In this document: piece after piece, positions 20,540-29,303 of the stretch
Layout of the letters: every line of letters begins with the position of its first letter
How positions within the stretch are numbered: the first letter of the stretch is position 1
Assembly: GCA_946613765.1 (NCBI GenBank)
Contig: CAMOFW010000001.1
Span: forward strand, 1-44,868
Origin: an uncultured Mycoplasmatota bacterium
Lineage (GTDB): Bacteria; Bacillota_I; Bacilli_A; RF39; UBA660
Reading direction: 5' to 3'
DNA length: 44,868 nucleotides
Made by a program: the position numbers and the translations under genes
The notes under the pieces: model-generated
Database searches by the model: none
The model's input: the letters and a program-made list of their open reading frames with translations, nothing else
Told to the model about the DNA's origin: nothing

Positions 20540-20625
20540 ACAATCACCTTCTTTACTAGTATACCAAATTTTATAAAAATTAAAAAGAGTATTACCCCCT
20601 TTTATCTTTCTTTGCATTTATTGCG

Positions 20626-20652
20626 TAAAAAAAAGAGTGTCTATGCACTCTT
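20626..20652 (-). terminator. Rho-independent terminator after uvrA
   Basis: The minus strand reads AAGAGTG-CATAGA-CACTCTT followed by a T-run. Confidence 0.7.
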
Positions 20653-23466
20653 TTATAGGTATTTCTTTAAATACTCACCAGTATAAGATTTATCACATTT
20701 AGCGATTTCTTCAGGTGTTCCTGTTGCAATAATTTCTCCACCTAACGATCCACCTTCTGGTCCTAAGTCAATAATGTAATCTGCCACCTTAATAACATCT
20801 AAGTTATGTTCAATAACTACTACTGTATCACCATTATCTACTATTCTTTGAAGTATTTTAATTAGTTTTTTAATATCATCTAAATGTAGACCTGTTGTTG
20901 GTTCATCTAGTATAAACAATGATTTACCTGTTGGCTTCTTTTGAAGTTCTTTGGCAAGTTTAACTCTTCCTGCTTCACCACCAGATAATGTTGGTGCACC
21001 TTGTCCTAATTTAATATAAGATAAACCTACATCCATCATTATTTGTAATTGTTCTTTTATCTTAGGTACATTTTCAAAGAATTTAATTGCTTCTTCTACT
21101 CTCATATCTAATACTTCAGCAATATTCTTACCTTTAAATTTAATATTTAATGTATCTTTATTATAACGTGTTCCATGACATACATCACATGGTACATATA
21201 CATCTGGTAAGAAATGCATTTCTATTTTCTTTACGCCATCGCCCCAACAAGCTTCACAACGTCCACCTTTAACATTAAATGAGAATCTACCTTTATCAAA
21301 ACCTCTCATCTTTGATTCAGTCATATTAGCAAATACTTCTCTTATGTTATCAAATACACCTACATATGTTGCTGGGTTAGAACGTGGTGTTCTACCTATA
21401 GGTTCTTGAGTTATTTGAACTACCTTATCAATATTATCTAAACCTTTTATTTTAGAATATTTACCAGGCATAACTCTTGATTTTTTATATATATTTTTAA
21501 ATACTGCTTTATATAATATTTCATTAACTAGTGAACTCTTACCTGAACCTGATACACCAGTTACACATACAAATTCACCTAAAGGTATTTTAACATCTAC
21601 ATCTTTTAAGTTATGTTCTTTAGCACCAGTTATTTCAATGAATTTACCATTGCCTTTTCTTCTTGTTTTTGGTACTTCTATTTTTTCTTTTCCTGATAAG
21701 TATCTACCAGTTAAAGAATTAGGATCTTTCATAACTTCTTTAGGTGTACCTTTAGATACAATATATCCACCTTCGTTACCTGCTCCTGGACCAACATCAA
21801 CTAAATAGTCTGATGCCATCATTGTGTCTGTATCATGTTCTACTACTATTAATGTATTACCTAAGTCAACCATATCTTTTAAAGATTTTATTAATCTATC
21901 ATTATCTCTTTGATGTAAACCAATTGATGGTTCATCTAAAACATATAATACTCCAGATAATCTTGAACCTATTTGAGTTGCTAGTCTAATTCTTTGAAGT
22001 TCACCACCAGATAGGGTTCCTGCCATACGATTTAGAGTTAAGTATGTTAAACCTACATTGTCTAAGAATTCTAATCTGTTTTGAATTTCTTTAACTATTA
22101 ATTCACTTATTTTCTTTTGCTCTTCAGTTAATTTTAATTTCTTCATGAATTCTTTTAGTTCACCAATAGACATCTCTGTAAATTCATAAATATTCTTTTT
22201 ATTTATTAATACATTTAGTACTGATTCTTTTAAACGAGTACCATGACAAACTGGGCATTCTAATTCCATCATGTAGTTATCTAACCATTCTCTAATCCAA
22301 TCAGATTTAGTTTCCATGTATCTTCTTTCTAGGTTTGTTATAACACCTTCATAGAAAGAAGTTGCATATCTCTTGTTACCATTTTTAGCTGTGTATTCAA
22401 AGTTTAGTGGTTCAAGTGAACCATATAAAACTATATCGCGTTCTTTTTTTGTTAGTTTATTATATGGTTTATCCATATCTATTTTATAGTAATCACATGC
22501 TGTTTTAAGATCAGTCCAGAAGATATTTTGTGAATCTTGAATTGTTTGAATTGCACCTTGATTAATAGATAAAGTTTTATCAGGAATTAATAGTTCTTCA
22601 GAGATAGCGCTTTTAAATCCTAAACCTTTACACTCTGGACATGCTCCAAAAGGATTGTTAAACGAAAACATTCTTGGTTCTAGTTCAGGAAGTGAATAAT
22701 CGCATTTTACACACGCATAGTTTTCACTAAATAAATATTCTTTATCTCCTAAAACATTAATTATAACTAAACCATTAGCTAGTTTACATGAGTTTTCAAT
22801 TGACTCAAATACTCTTGATCTTTCATCTTTATGTAGTACTATTCTATCTACGACTACATCAATATTATCTTTAACATTCTTTTCTAAGGTTATATCTTCA
22901 TCTAATGATTTAACTTCACCATTAATTCTTATTCTTGTATAACCATCTTTTCTTAAGTTGTCAATCAAGTCTTGATGAGTACCTTTTTTTCCATGAACTA
23001 CTGGTGCCATAATCTCTAGTTTTGTTCCTTCATCAAAAGCCATAACTTTATCAGTCATTTCTTCAATTGATTGATGAATAATTGGTTCTTTATGATTTGG
23101 ACAATATGGTGTACCTACACGAGCAAATAACAAACGTAAATAATCATAAATTTCAGTTACTGTTGCAACTGTAGATCTTGGATTATTATTTGTTGTTTTT
23201 TGGTCAATAGAAATTGATGGTGATAGTCCTTCGATTGAATCAACGTCAGGTTTCTTTGATCCACCCATAAATTGACGTGCGTATGCTGATAGACTTTCAA
23301 CATATCTTCTTTGTCCTTCAGCATATATTGTATCAAAAGCAAGTGATGATTTACCTGATCCTGATACACCTGTCATAACTACAAGCGAATTCTTTGGTAT
23401 TTCTAAATCAACATTTTTAAGGTTGTTTTCTCTTGCTCCCTTAATAATAATTTTATCATTTGACAT
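20653..23466 (-). CDS. uvrA: Excinuclease ABC subunit A
   Basis: Two ABC ATPase modules are present ([14 protein letters not shown] and [13 protein letters not shown]), with zinc-finger CxxC pairs. The product is about 937 aa from the ATG at 23466, which follows a GGAAGTGA RBS. Confidence 0.97.
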   Translation of the reverse strand: MSNDKIIIKGARENNLKNVDLEIPKNSLVVMTGVSGSGKSSLAFDTIYAEGQRRYVESLSAYARQFMGGSKKPDVDSIEGLSPSISIDQKTTNNNPRSTVATVTEIYDYLRLLFARVGTPYCPNHKEPIIHQSIEEMTDKVMAFDEGTKLEIMAPVVHGKKGTHQDLIDNLRKDGYTRIRINGEVKSLDEDITLEKNVKDNIDVVVDRIVLHKDERSRVFESIENSCKLANGLVIINVLGDKEYLFSENYACVKCDYSLPELEPRMFSFNNPFGACPECKGLGFKSAISEELLIPDKTLSINQGAIQTIQDSQNIFWTDLKTACDYYKIDMDKPYNKLTKKERDIVLYGSLEPLNFEYTAKNGNKRYATSFYEGVITNLERRYMETKSDWIREWLDNYMMELECPVCHGTRLKESVLNVLINKKNIYEFTEMSIGELKEFMKKLKLTEEQKKISELIVKEIQNRLEFLDNVGLTYLTLNRMAGTLSGGELQRIRLATQIGSRLSGVLYVLDEPSIGLHQRDNDRLIKSLKDMVDLGNTLIVVEHDTDTMMASDYLVDVGPGAGNEGGYIVSKGTPKEVMKDPNSLTGRYLSGKEKIEVPKTRRKGNGKFIEITGAKEHNLKDVDVKIPLGEFVCVTGVSGSGKSSLVNEILYKAVFKNIYKKSRVMPGKYSKIKGLDNIDKVVQITQEPIGRTPRSNPATYVGVFDNIREVFANMTESKMRGFDKGRFSFNVKGGRCEACWGDGVKKIEMHFLPDVYVPCDVCHGTRYNKDTLNIKFKGKNIAEVLDMRVEEAIKFFENVPKIKEQLQIMMDVGLSYIKLGQGAPTLSGGEAGRVKLAKELQKKPTGKSLFILDEPTTGLHLDDIKKLIKILQRIVDNGDTVVVIEHNLDVIKVADYIIDLGPEGGSLGGEIIATGTPEEIAKCDKSYTGEYLKKYL

Positions 23467-24283
23467 TGTTATCACTTCCTTTTTTCTGCATTATTCTATC
23501 ATAGAAATTACAATGTTGGCATAATTTCTCTACTTTTTTATTATTTTGAAATCCTTTAATCATATCTTTAACTTTTTGTTGATTTAATATTTCATCTAAA
23601 TCTTGTTCATATATGTTACCTAATTTTAGATTGCCATTATAATCTAGACAACATGGTACTACTGAACCATCTACTAAGATACCAATATGAGTTCTAAGAC
23701 CTTGGCATGAACCAACTTCATTACAATAATGATTATTTATATTTGGCCAAATAAATTCTGTTTCAAATTCTAAATATAAATGATCTTTAATTTTAGTATT
23801 ACCATTTATTATTGTATTATATCTATTTTCTAAAGATTTAATTATATCATCTTTATATTTATTATTAACCCATAGTCTATAATTAATTATAGCGTTATTA
23901 ACTAACAAGTTATCAACAGCATTATATATATCATTTAAATATTCATCTAAAGTTTTATTCTTTTTATCATCAAATGAATGTAGTGATATATTAACTTGGT
24001 GTATATTTTTATTATCTTTAATTCTATTTATAAAATATCCATTAGTAGTTATATTTATTTTATAATCTTTACTTGCTATGTTTATTAACTTGTTAATTTC
24101 TGGATGGATAAGTGGTTCACCCATTAAATGAAAATATAAATATTTAGTATGTCCCTTAAGTTTATTTAATAACAAATTAAATTTATATTCACTTATAAAT
24201 TCTTTTTGTCTATTATTACCAATACAAAATGGACAATTGAGATTACAATTGTTTGTTATTTCTACATATATCTTTTTAAACAT
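23456..24283 (-). CDS. Radical SAM protein with C-terminal SPASM/twitch-like Cys cluster
   Basis: The CxxxCxxC motif appears as [10 protein letters not shown]. The C-terminus reads GSCQG...[19 protein letters not shown]...CQHCNFY. The start is set at the ATG at 24283, after an AGGTGA RBS. The 3' end overlaps the uvrA start. Confidence 0.8.
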   Translation of the reverse strand: MFKKIYVEITNNCNLNCPFCIGNNRQKEFISEYKFNLLLNKLKGHTKYLYFHLMGEPLIHPEINKLINIASKDYKINITTNGYFINRIKDNKNIHQVNISLHSFDDKKNKTLDEYLNDIYNAVDNLLVNNAIINYRLWVNNKYKDDIIKSLENRYNTIINGNTKIKDHLYLEFETEFIWPNINNHYCNEVGSCQGLRTHIGILVDGSVVPCCLDYNGNLKLGNIYEQDLDEILNQQKVKDMIKGFQNNKKVEKLCQHCNFYDRIMQKKGSDNNVK

Positions 24284-24316
24284 AGATATCACCTGATAAG
24301 TATTTTAACATAAATT

Positions 24317-24342
24317 AAAAAAACTTCAAAATGAAGTTTTTT
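24317..24342 (-). terminator. Rho-independent terminator after the AbgT-like gene
   Basis: The sequence AAAAAACTTC-AAAAT-GAAGTTTTTT forms a hairpin with A/T runs on both sides. Confidence 0.7.
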
Positions 24343-24343
24343 A

Positions 24344-25876
24344 TTACATTGTTGGTAAAGTATGTAGACCAAGTGGTAAACCAACTACAAACCATAATAC
24401 AAGTAGTGATAATAATATAGCACCAGTTGCAATAGCGTATGGTCTTTGATATTTTAATACACTAAATAACCTAATTGGTTCATCACTTTGATTATACTTT
24501 TCTACAAATGCTAAATAGATTACAAAGTATGCCATTATTGGTGTTAAACCGTATGTTACACTTTCTGCAAATCTAAATACTACTTGTCCCATTTCTGGTG
24601 ATATTCCGGCATTCATTAGTATTGGTACAACACTACCTGCCATAACTGACCATTTTAATGTTGTGTTTGGTAGTAAAAGAGTTGCAAGTGACACTAGTAT
24701 AAATAGTAGGATTATTAAAGGAATACCTTTAAATGAACTTGCTACTATTAAATTAGTAAACATTGCTGTTAAAACTATACCAATATTAGTCTTTTTAAAT
24801 ATATTAATAAGTACTGATGCCATGAATATTAATACTATAGTTTCACCAATACCATCTAGTGAATGTCCTAATGTATCTGAAAAATCATGGTTATTTTTTA
24901 TTGTTTTTGCACCTATTCCATAGAATAGTCCAAGAATAATAAATAGTGTTGTAACTATAAATACAAATCCTTGAGAGAAGAATGAATTTGGTGAGAATAA
25001 CTTATTAATAAATAATTCTTGTGAATAATCTATTAAATTACCAGAAAATGGTAAACCAGGAATTACATTATATAAGATAATGAAACAATATATGGCTCCT
25101 GCTGTTAAAGCAAATGCCAATCCTCTAACTTCTTTTCTAGTTAGTTTAAACTCTTTTCTTTCTTCTTTAAATTCGTATTTTGGAACACTAAATACACTTA
25201 TTTTTTCTGTAATTGTTGTTATAGCTAAAGCAATTATTATAATTGCAGCTGCCATAATTAGCATAAATCCTAATACACTAATTGTGTAGTTTGGATCTAG
25301 TACAGTTGCTGCTGATAAAGTCGTAGATATTAAGCTTGAATCTGTTGCAGTCATTAGTAGACTTAGACCAGTACCACAAGTAAGTGATGCATAAGCAGTA
25401 ACTATACCAAGAATTGGATTTCTTCTTCCATAGAAGAATATAATTGCACTTATAGGTATCATAACTACGTAACCTAAATCTCCAACTAAACTAAATAATA
25501 TACAAATAAGTGATATAACAAATGTTACTGTTTGTTTTTTTGTATTTTGTGTTAGTAGAGTAATAGATGTTTTTAAAAAGTTACTCTTTTCCATTACACC
25601 TATGCCAATTAATATAATAATTAACATAGATAATGGAGTAAATTGAACAAAACTCAATACAGTAGAAGAAAATATATACTTTAATCCACTAAATGATAGA
25701 AGGGATTCAACTGTAACCATCTCTTGATTATATGATTTAGTAGCATTATCAACAATATTATATGTTGCACCTACTTCAAATAAATTAAGTATAGCACTAA
25801 GTAATATAGTTCCTATTATTAAAACCATAAATGTCATAATAGGATGCAACTTAATTTTTTTAAAAATTTTACTCAC
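24344..25876 (-). CDS. AbgT-family (p-aminobenzoyl-glutamate-type) transporter
   Basis: The polytopic membrane protein of about 510 aa has an AbgT-like N-terminus and size. The start is uncertain. I prefer the GTG at 25876, 5 nt after AGGTGA; the track uses the GTG at 25885. It overlaps the DUF951 stop codon. Confidence 0.6.
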   Translation of the reverse strand: MSKIFKKIKLHPIMTFMVLIIGTILLSAILNLFEVGATYNIVDNATKSYNQEMVTVESLLSFSGLKYIFSSTVLSFVQFTPLSMLIIILIGIGVMEKSNFLKTSITLLTQNTKKQTVTFVISLICILFSLVGDLGYVVMIPISAIIFFYGRRNPILGIVTAYASLTCGTGLSLLMTATDSSLISTTLSAATVLDPNYTISVLGFMLIMAAAIIIIALAITTITEKISVFSVPKYEFKEERKEFKLTRKEVRGLAFALTAGAIYCFIILYNVIPGLPFSGNLIDYSQELFINKLFSPNSFFSQGFVFIVTTLFIILGLFYGIGAKTIKNNHDFSDTLGHSLDGIGETIVLIFMASVLINIFKKTNIGIVLTAMFTNLIVASSFKGIPLIILLFILVSLATLLLPNTTLKWSVMAGSVVPILMNAGISPEMGQVVFRFAESVTYGLTPIMAYFVIYLAFVEKYNQSDEPIRLFSVLKYQRPYAIATGAILLSLLVLWFVVGLPLGLHTLPTM

Positions 25877-26063
25877 TCTTATCACCTATAACCTTTTTAA
25901 TCTTTTTGTTAAATTCTAATCTATCCATCATTATTTCATGCCCACAGTTTTCACATTTAATTTTAATGTCTGCTCCCACTCTAGTAATTTTCCAAAGGTT
26001 AGCTCCACAGGCGTGATCTTTTTTCATAATGACTTGATCGTTTAACTTATATGTTTTTTCCAT
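25869..26063 (-). CDS. DUF951 (YyzM-like) small protein
   Basis: The product reads MEKTYKLNDQVIMKKDHACGANLWKITRVGADIKIKCENCGH. The conserved C...CxxC motif and the parB-proximal synteny are typical of this family. I trimmed the start to the ATG at 26063. Confidence 0.8.
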   Translation of the reverse strand: MEKTYKLNDQVIMKKDHACGANLWKITRVGADIKIKCENCGHEIMMDRLEFNKKIKKVIGDKSE

Positions 26064-26871
26064 TGTGTACCTCAATTTGTTGATATGGTATTTTAACACC
26101 ATTATTATCTAATTCTTTTTTAATTATTTTTAAAGCTTCTCTTTTAGTAATCCATTGTTTGTCTCTTTCACAAATAAACTTGATAAGTAAATTAACAGAT
26201 GAATCACATAATTCATCTACTCCTAAGTATTGAACTGCCTTAGAATCAACATATTCAACCTTAGAGATATTAGCTAAAATCTTATCTATTACTTTTTCAA
26301 CTTTATCGATATCTTCTTCATAAGCTATAGGCACTTTTATTAATACCGCAGCTTTTTCTTTTGATAAGTTAATTATTTGAGTAATATTTCTATTTGCAAC
26401 TGTTAATACTTCATTATTTAAATTTTTAATTTTAGTAACTTTAAATCCAAATGATATTACTTCACCCATAAAATCATTATATTTTACTATATCCCCAACA
26501 ATAAAGTAATTATCCATAATAATATTAATACCACCAATTACATCTTTTAATGTATCTTGGAATGCTAAACCTATTACAGCAGATGCTACACCTAAAGATG
26601 CAATAATAGATGTAGTATTAATACCAAAGAGATTTAATATTACTAGTAATACAATTACAATAGTAAATATTTTAATAAAATTAGTTATTAAATCTACTAC
26701 TGTTTTTCTTCTTTTTAAATCATACCCACTATATTTTTTAGGGTCTTCAATTTTATATAATACAGATTTAACTATATTATAAATTAAATATGCAATTAAT
26801 ATTGTTAGAATAGGACCATATACCATCTTGTTTTGAAATGCAGTAGCAAGAGGTTTTAGTACGTTATCCAT
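26047..26871 (-). CDS. Small-conductance mechanosensitive channel (MscS family)
   Basis: Three N-terminal TM segments are followed by GLAFQDTLKDVIGGINIIMDNYFIVGDIV and NEVLTVANRNI. Confidence 0.85.
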   Translation of the reverse strand: MDNVLKPLATAFQNKMVYGPILTILIAYLIYNIVKSVLYKIEDPKKYSGYDLKRRKTVVDLITNFIKIFTIVIVLLVILNLFGINTTSIIASLGVASAVIGLAFQDTLKDVIGGINIIMDNYFIVGDIVKYNDFMGEVISFGFKVTKIKNLNNEVLTVANRNITQIINLSKEKAAVLIKVPIAYEEDIDKVEKVIDKILANISKVEYVDSKAVQYLGVDELCDSSVNLLIKFICERDKQWITKREALKIIKKELDNNGVKIPYQQIEVHNGKNI

Positions 26872-26873
26872 AA

Positions 26874-27740
26874 TTAATCACCCTCAATTTCAATATGTAA
26901 TATTTCTAATATTCTTTCTAAGTCTTTTTGTGAATCAAAAGGTATTTCAATCTTCTTGTTACTTACTTTAACTTTAGTTCCTACTTTGTCTCTTAATACA
27001 TCTTCATATATTTTATATGTATTAGGAACAATCTTTTTAGTAGGTGCTAAGTTTACTTGTTTAACTAGATCTTCTATTTCTCTAACATTGATCTTATCAT
27101 TAACTACTTTTTTAGCAATTTCATTAATTTTCTTTTCATCATCCATCTTAGATAATACTCTAGCATGGGATGCTGAAATTTCACCTTTTTCAACTAACTT
27201 TTTAGTTTCTTCAGGTAAGTTTAATAAGCCTAACATGTTAGTAACATAACTTCTTGATTTACCAAATTTTTGAGCTATTTTTTCTTGAGTCATGCCAGTT
27301 GACTTAATAATATTTTCATAAGCTAATGCTTCTTCGATAGGATTCAAATTTTCTCTTTGAATGTTTTCTATTAAAGCTATTTCCATCATTTCTTCATCAT
27401 TAAAATCTCTAATGATTGCTGGAATAGTAGTCTTACCTGCGATTTTAGATGCTTTAGTTCTTCTTTCACCTGCTACTAATTCATAGCCTTTAATAGATTT
27501 TTTTACTATAACTGGTTGAACTACACCATGTTCTTTAATTGACTCTGCTAATTCTTTTAATGATTCTTCATCAAATGTTTTTCTTGGTTGGTATGGGTTA
27601 CTTCTAATTTCATCTAATCTAATTTCAACAATATCACTCTTTTTTGCTTCATCGATAATTGTTTTTTCTAGATTATCAAAATCTATTCTTTCGTTTGAAA
27701 ATAATTGTTCTAATCCTTTTCCTAATCTCTTATTGTTCAT
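26874..27740 (-). CDS. parB: Chromosome partitioning protein ParB/Spo0J
   Basis: The product contains NPYQPRK, the ParB box GERRTKASKIAG, and the HTH segment TQEKIAQKFGKSRSYVTN. Confidence 0.95.
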   Translation of the reverse strand: MNNKRLGKGLEQLFSNERIDFDNLEKTIIDEAKKSDIVEIRLDEIRSNPYQPRKTFDEESLKELAESIKEHGVVQPVIVKKSIKGYELVAGERRTKASKIAGKTTIPAIIRDFNDEEMMEIALIENIQRENLNPIEEALAYENIIKSTGMTQEKIAQKFGKSRSYVTNMLGLLNLPEETKKLVEKGEISASHARVLSKMDDEKKINEIAKKVVNDKINVREIEDLVKQVNLAPTKKIVPNTYKIYEDVLRDKVGTKVKVSNKKIEIPFDSQKDLERILEILHIEIEGD

Positions 27741-28515
27741 TTCTTTCTATAACCTCCTTAGCTAAATTTTGGTAAGCCAAAGTTGCACGACATTCTGGAT
27801 CATAATCACTTATTGGTTTACCGTGGCTTGGTGCCTCTACTAATCTAACCAATCTAGGGATTATTGTATTAAATACTTTGTTTTTAAAGTATTTTCTAAC
27901 TTCTTCTATTACTTCTAAACCTATATTTGTTCTACCATCTAACATAGTTAATAGAACACCTTCAATTCTTAAGTTTGGATTCATATTATTTTGAACTAAA
28001 ATAATCGAATTTAATAACTGAGTTATACCTTCTAGTGCATAGAATTCACATTGAACTGGAATAATAACTGAATCAGAAGCACAAAGTGCATTAAGAGTAG
28101 TTATACCAAGAGATGGTTGACAATCGATAATAATGTAATCAAATCTATCTTTAATTTCATTAATATATTTTCTTAATTGTTCGTTTTGTCTAAATGTATT
28201 ATCTTCAAACATCTTTTTAGTAAATTCCATATCAATTCCTGCTAGGTTAATTGTTGATGGTACAATAGATAAATTTTTAAATTTAGTTTTAACTATTGCT
28301 TCGTCCATTGTCTTATTACCAGTGATAACATCATAGATGTCTATATCTATTTCACCAGCATTAAGGCCTAAACCTGTAGTAGCATTACCTTGTGAGTCTA
28401 AATCAATAAGTAGAGTTTTTTTACCTTCTTTACCTAAAGCTGCAGCTAAGTTTATACTTGATGTAGTTTTACCAACTCCACCTTTTTGATTTACTAAAGA
28501 TATAACCTTTGCCAT
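27730..28515 (-). CDS. parA: Chromosome partitioning ATPase ParA/Soj
   Basis: The deviant Walker A motif NQKGGVGKTT is present. The start is at the ATG at 28515, 5 nt after AGGTGG. Confidence 0.95.
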   Translation of the reverse strand: MAKVISLVNQKGGVGKTTSSINLAAALGKEGKKTLLIDLDSQGNATTGLGLNAGEIDIDIYDVITGNKTMDEAIVKTKFKNLSIVPSTINLAGIDMEFTKKMFEDNTFRQNEQLRKYINEIKDRFDYIIIDCQPSLGITTLNALCASDSVIIPVQCEFYALEGITQLLNSIILVQNNMNPNLRIEGVLLTMLDGRTNIGLEVIEEVRKYFKNKVFNTIIPRLVRLVEAPSHGKPISDYDPECRATLAYQNLAKEVIERNEQ

Positions 28516-28547
28516 TTTTACCACCTAGTCCTTTTATTACATAATCT

Positions 28548-28576
28548 ATTGTATCATATAAAGTATTTTTTGTCTT
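28548..28576 (-). promoter_or_regulatory. Sigma-A type promoter for the parA operon
   Basis: The minus strand reads AAGACA, a 17-nt spacer, then TGaTACAAT (extended -10). Confidence 0.55.
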
Positions 28577-28584
28577 ATAAAATA

Positions 28585-28618
28585 ATAAAAAAAATACTAT
28601 TTTTAAGATAGTATTTTT
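28585..28618 (-). terminator. Rho-independent terminator after the pilin/DUF285 cassette
   Basis: The sequence AAAATACTAT-TTTTAAG-ATAGTATTTT forms a hairpin, followed by a long T-run on the minus strand. Confidence 0.7.
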
Positions 28619-28622
28619 AATA

Positions 28623-29291
28623 TTAATTTTTAAGAGTTAAATAACCTGCATTATCTAAATCATCTACTTGTGCAAAAGACTTATCAACAATATATTCATT
28701 GTATTCAGTTCCGTTTGGCCCAACCAGATTTGTACATCCTTTAAACATATCTGTTGACTCTTCAACTTTATCCATATTCCAATTATCACCAACATATATA
28801 GTAGTTAAATTTTCACAGTTAGCAAACATATTGTCAGTTAGTGTTACTTTTCTTGTATCCAACATACTTAAGTCTAATTCTTTTAGAGATTTGCAATTAT
28901 AAAATGCTGCTGAAAGATTGGTTAATGATGATGTATCTAGTTTATTTAATCCTTTTATTTCTTCTAGATTTTCAAATCCATAAAACCATAATGCAAGCGA
29001 ATCTACTTTTATGTTGTCTTGAATATCTACTTTTGTTATTTTTTTAATTCTAGAATCTAATGCCCATGGAAGCATTTTAAAATTTCCATTTGTTCTTGTT
29101 AAATCTTCTACTTTCCACATTTCATTAAAACTAAAGTAATCTTTATTTCTTATGACTAGTGTATAGTTACCATTATGTTCTTCTAGATATGCTTTAAATA
29201 AATATTTATTATTATTAATTTTAAAGTAAATAAAGCATCCTGCTAAAGCAATAATTATTATTACAAATACTATTATTAATTTTTTCTTCAT
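28623..29291 (-). CDS. DUF285/BspA-like leucine-rich-repeat lipoprotein
   Basis: The signal peptide carries a lipobox: MKKKLIIVFVIIIIALAG|C. DUF285-type repeats follow (DTSSLTNLSAAFYNCKSLKELDLSMLDTRKVTLTDNMFANCENLTTI and MFKGCTNL). An AAGGAG RBS is present, and the gene starts 12 nt after the upstream stop. Confidence 0.8.
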   Translation of the reverse strand: MKKKLIIVFVIIIIALAGCFIYFKINNNKYLFKAYLEEHNGNYTLVIRNKDYFSFNEMWKVEDLTRTNGNFKMLPWALDSRIKKITKVDIQDNIKVDSLALWFYGFENLEEIKGLNKLDTSSLTNLSAAFYNCKSLKELDLSMLDTRKVTLTDNMFANCENLTTIYVGDNWNMDKVEESTDMFKGCTNLVGPNGTEYNEYIVDKSFAQVDDLDNAGYLTLKN

Positions 29292-29303
29292 ATTATTCTC
29301 CTT

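Noticed and set aside
23157-23369. 70-aa same-strand ORF inside uvrA
   Set aside because: It is out of frame with uvrA within the highly conserved N-terminal ABC module. Its composition is Gln/Leu/His-rich nonsense and it has no RBS.
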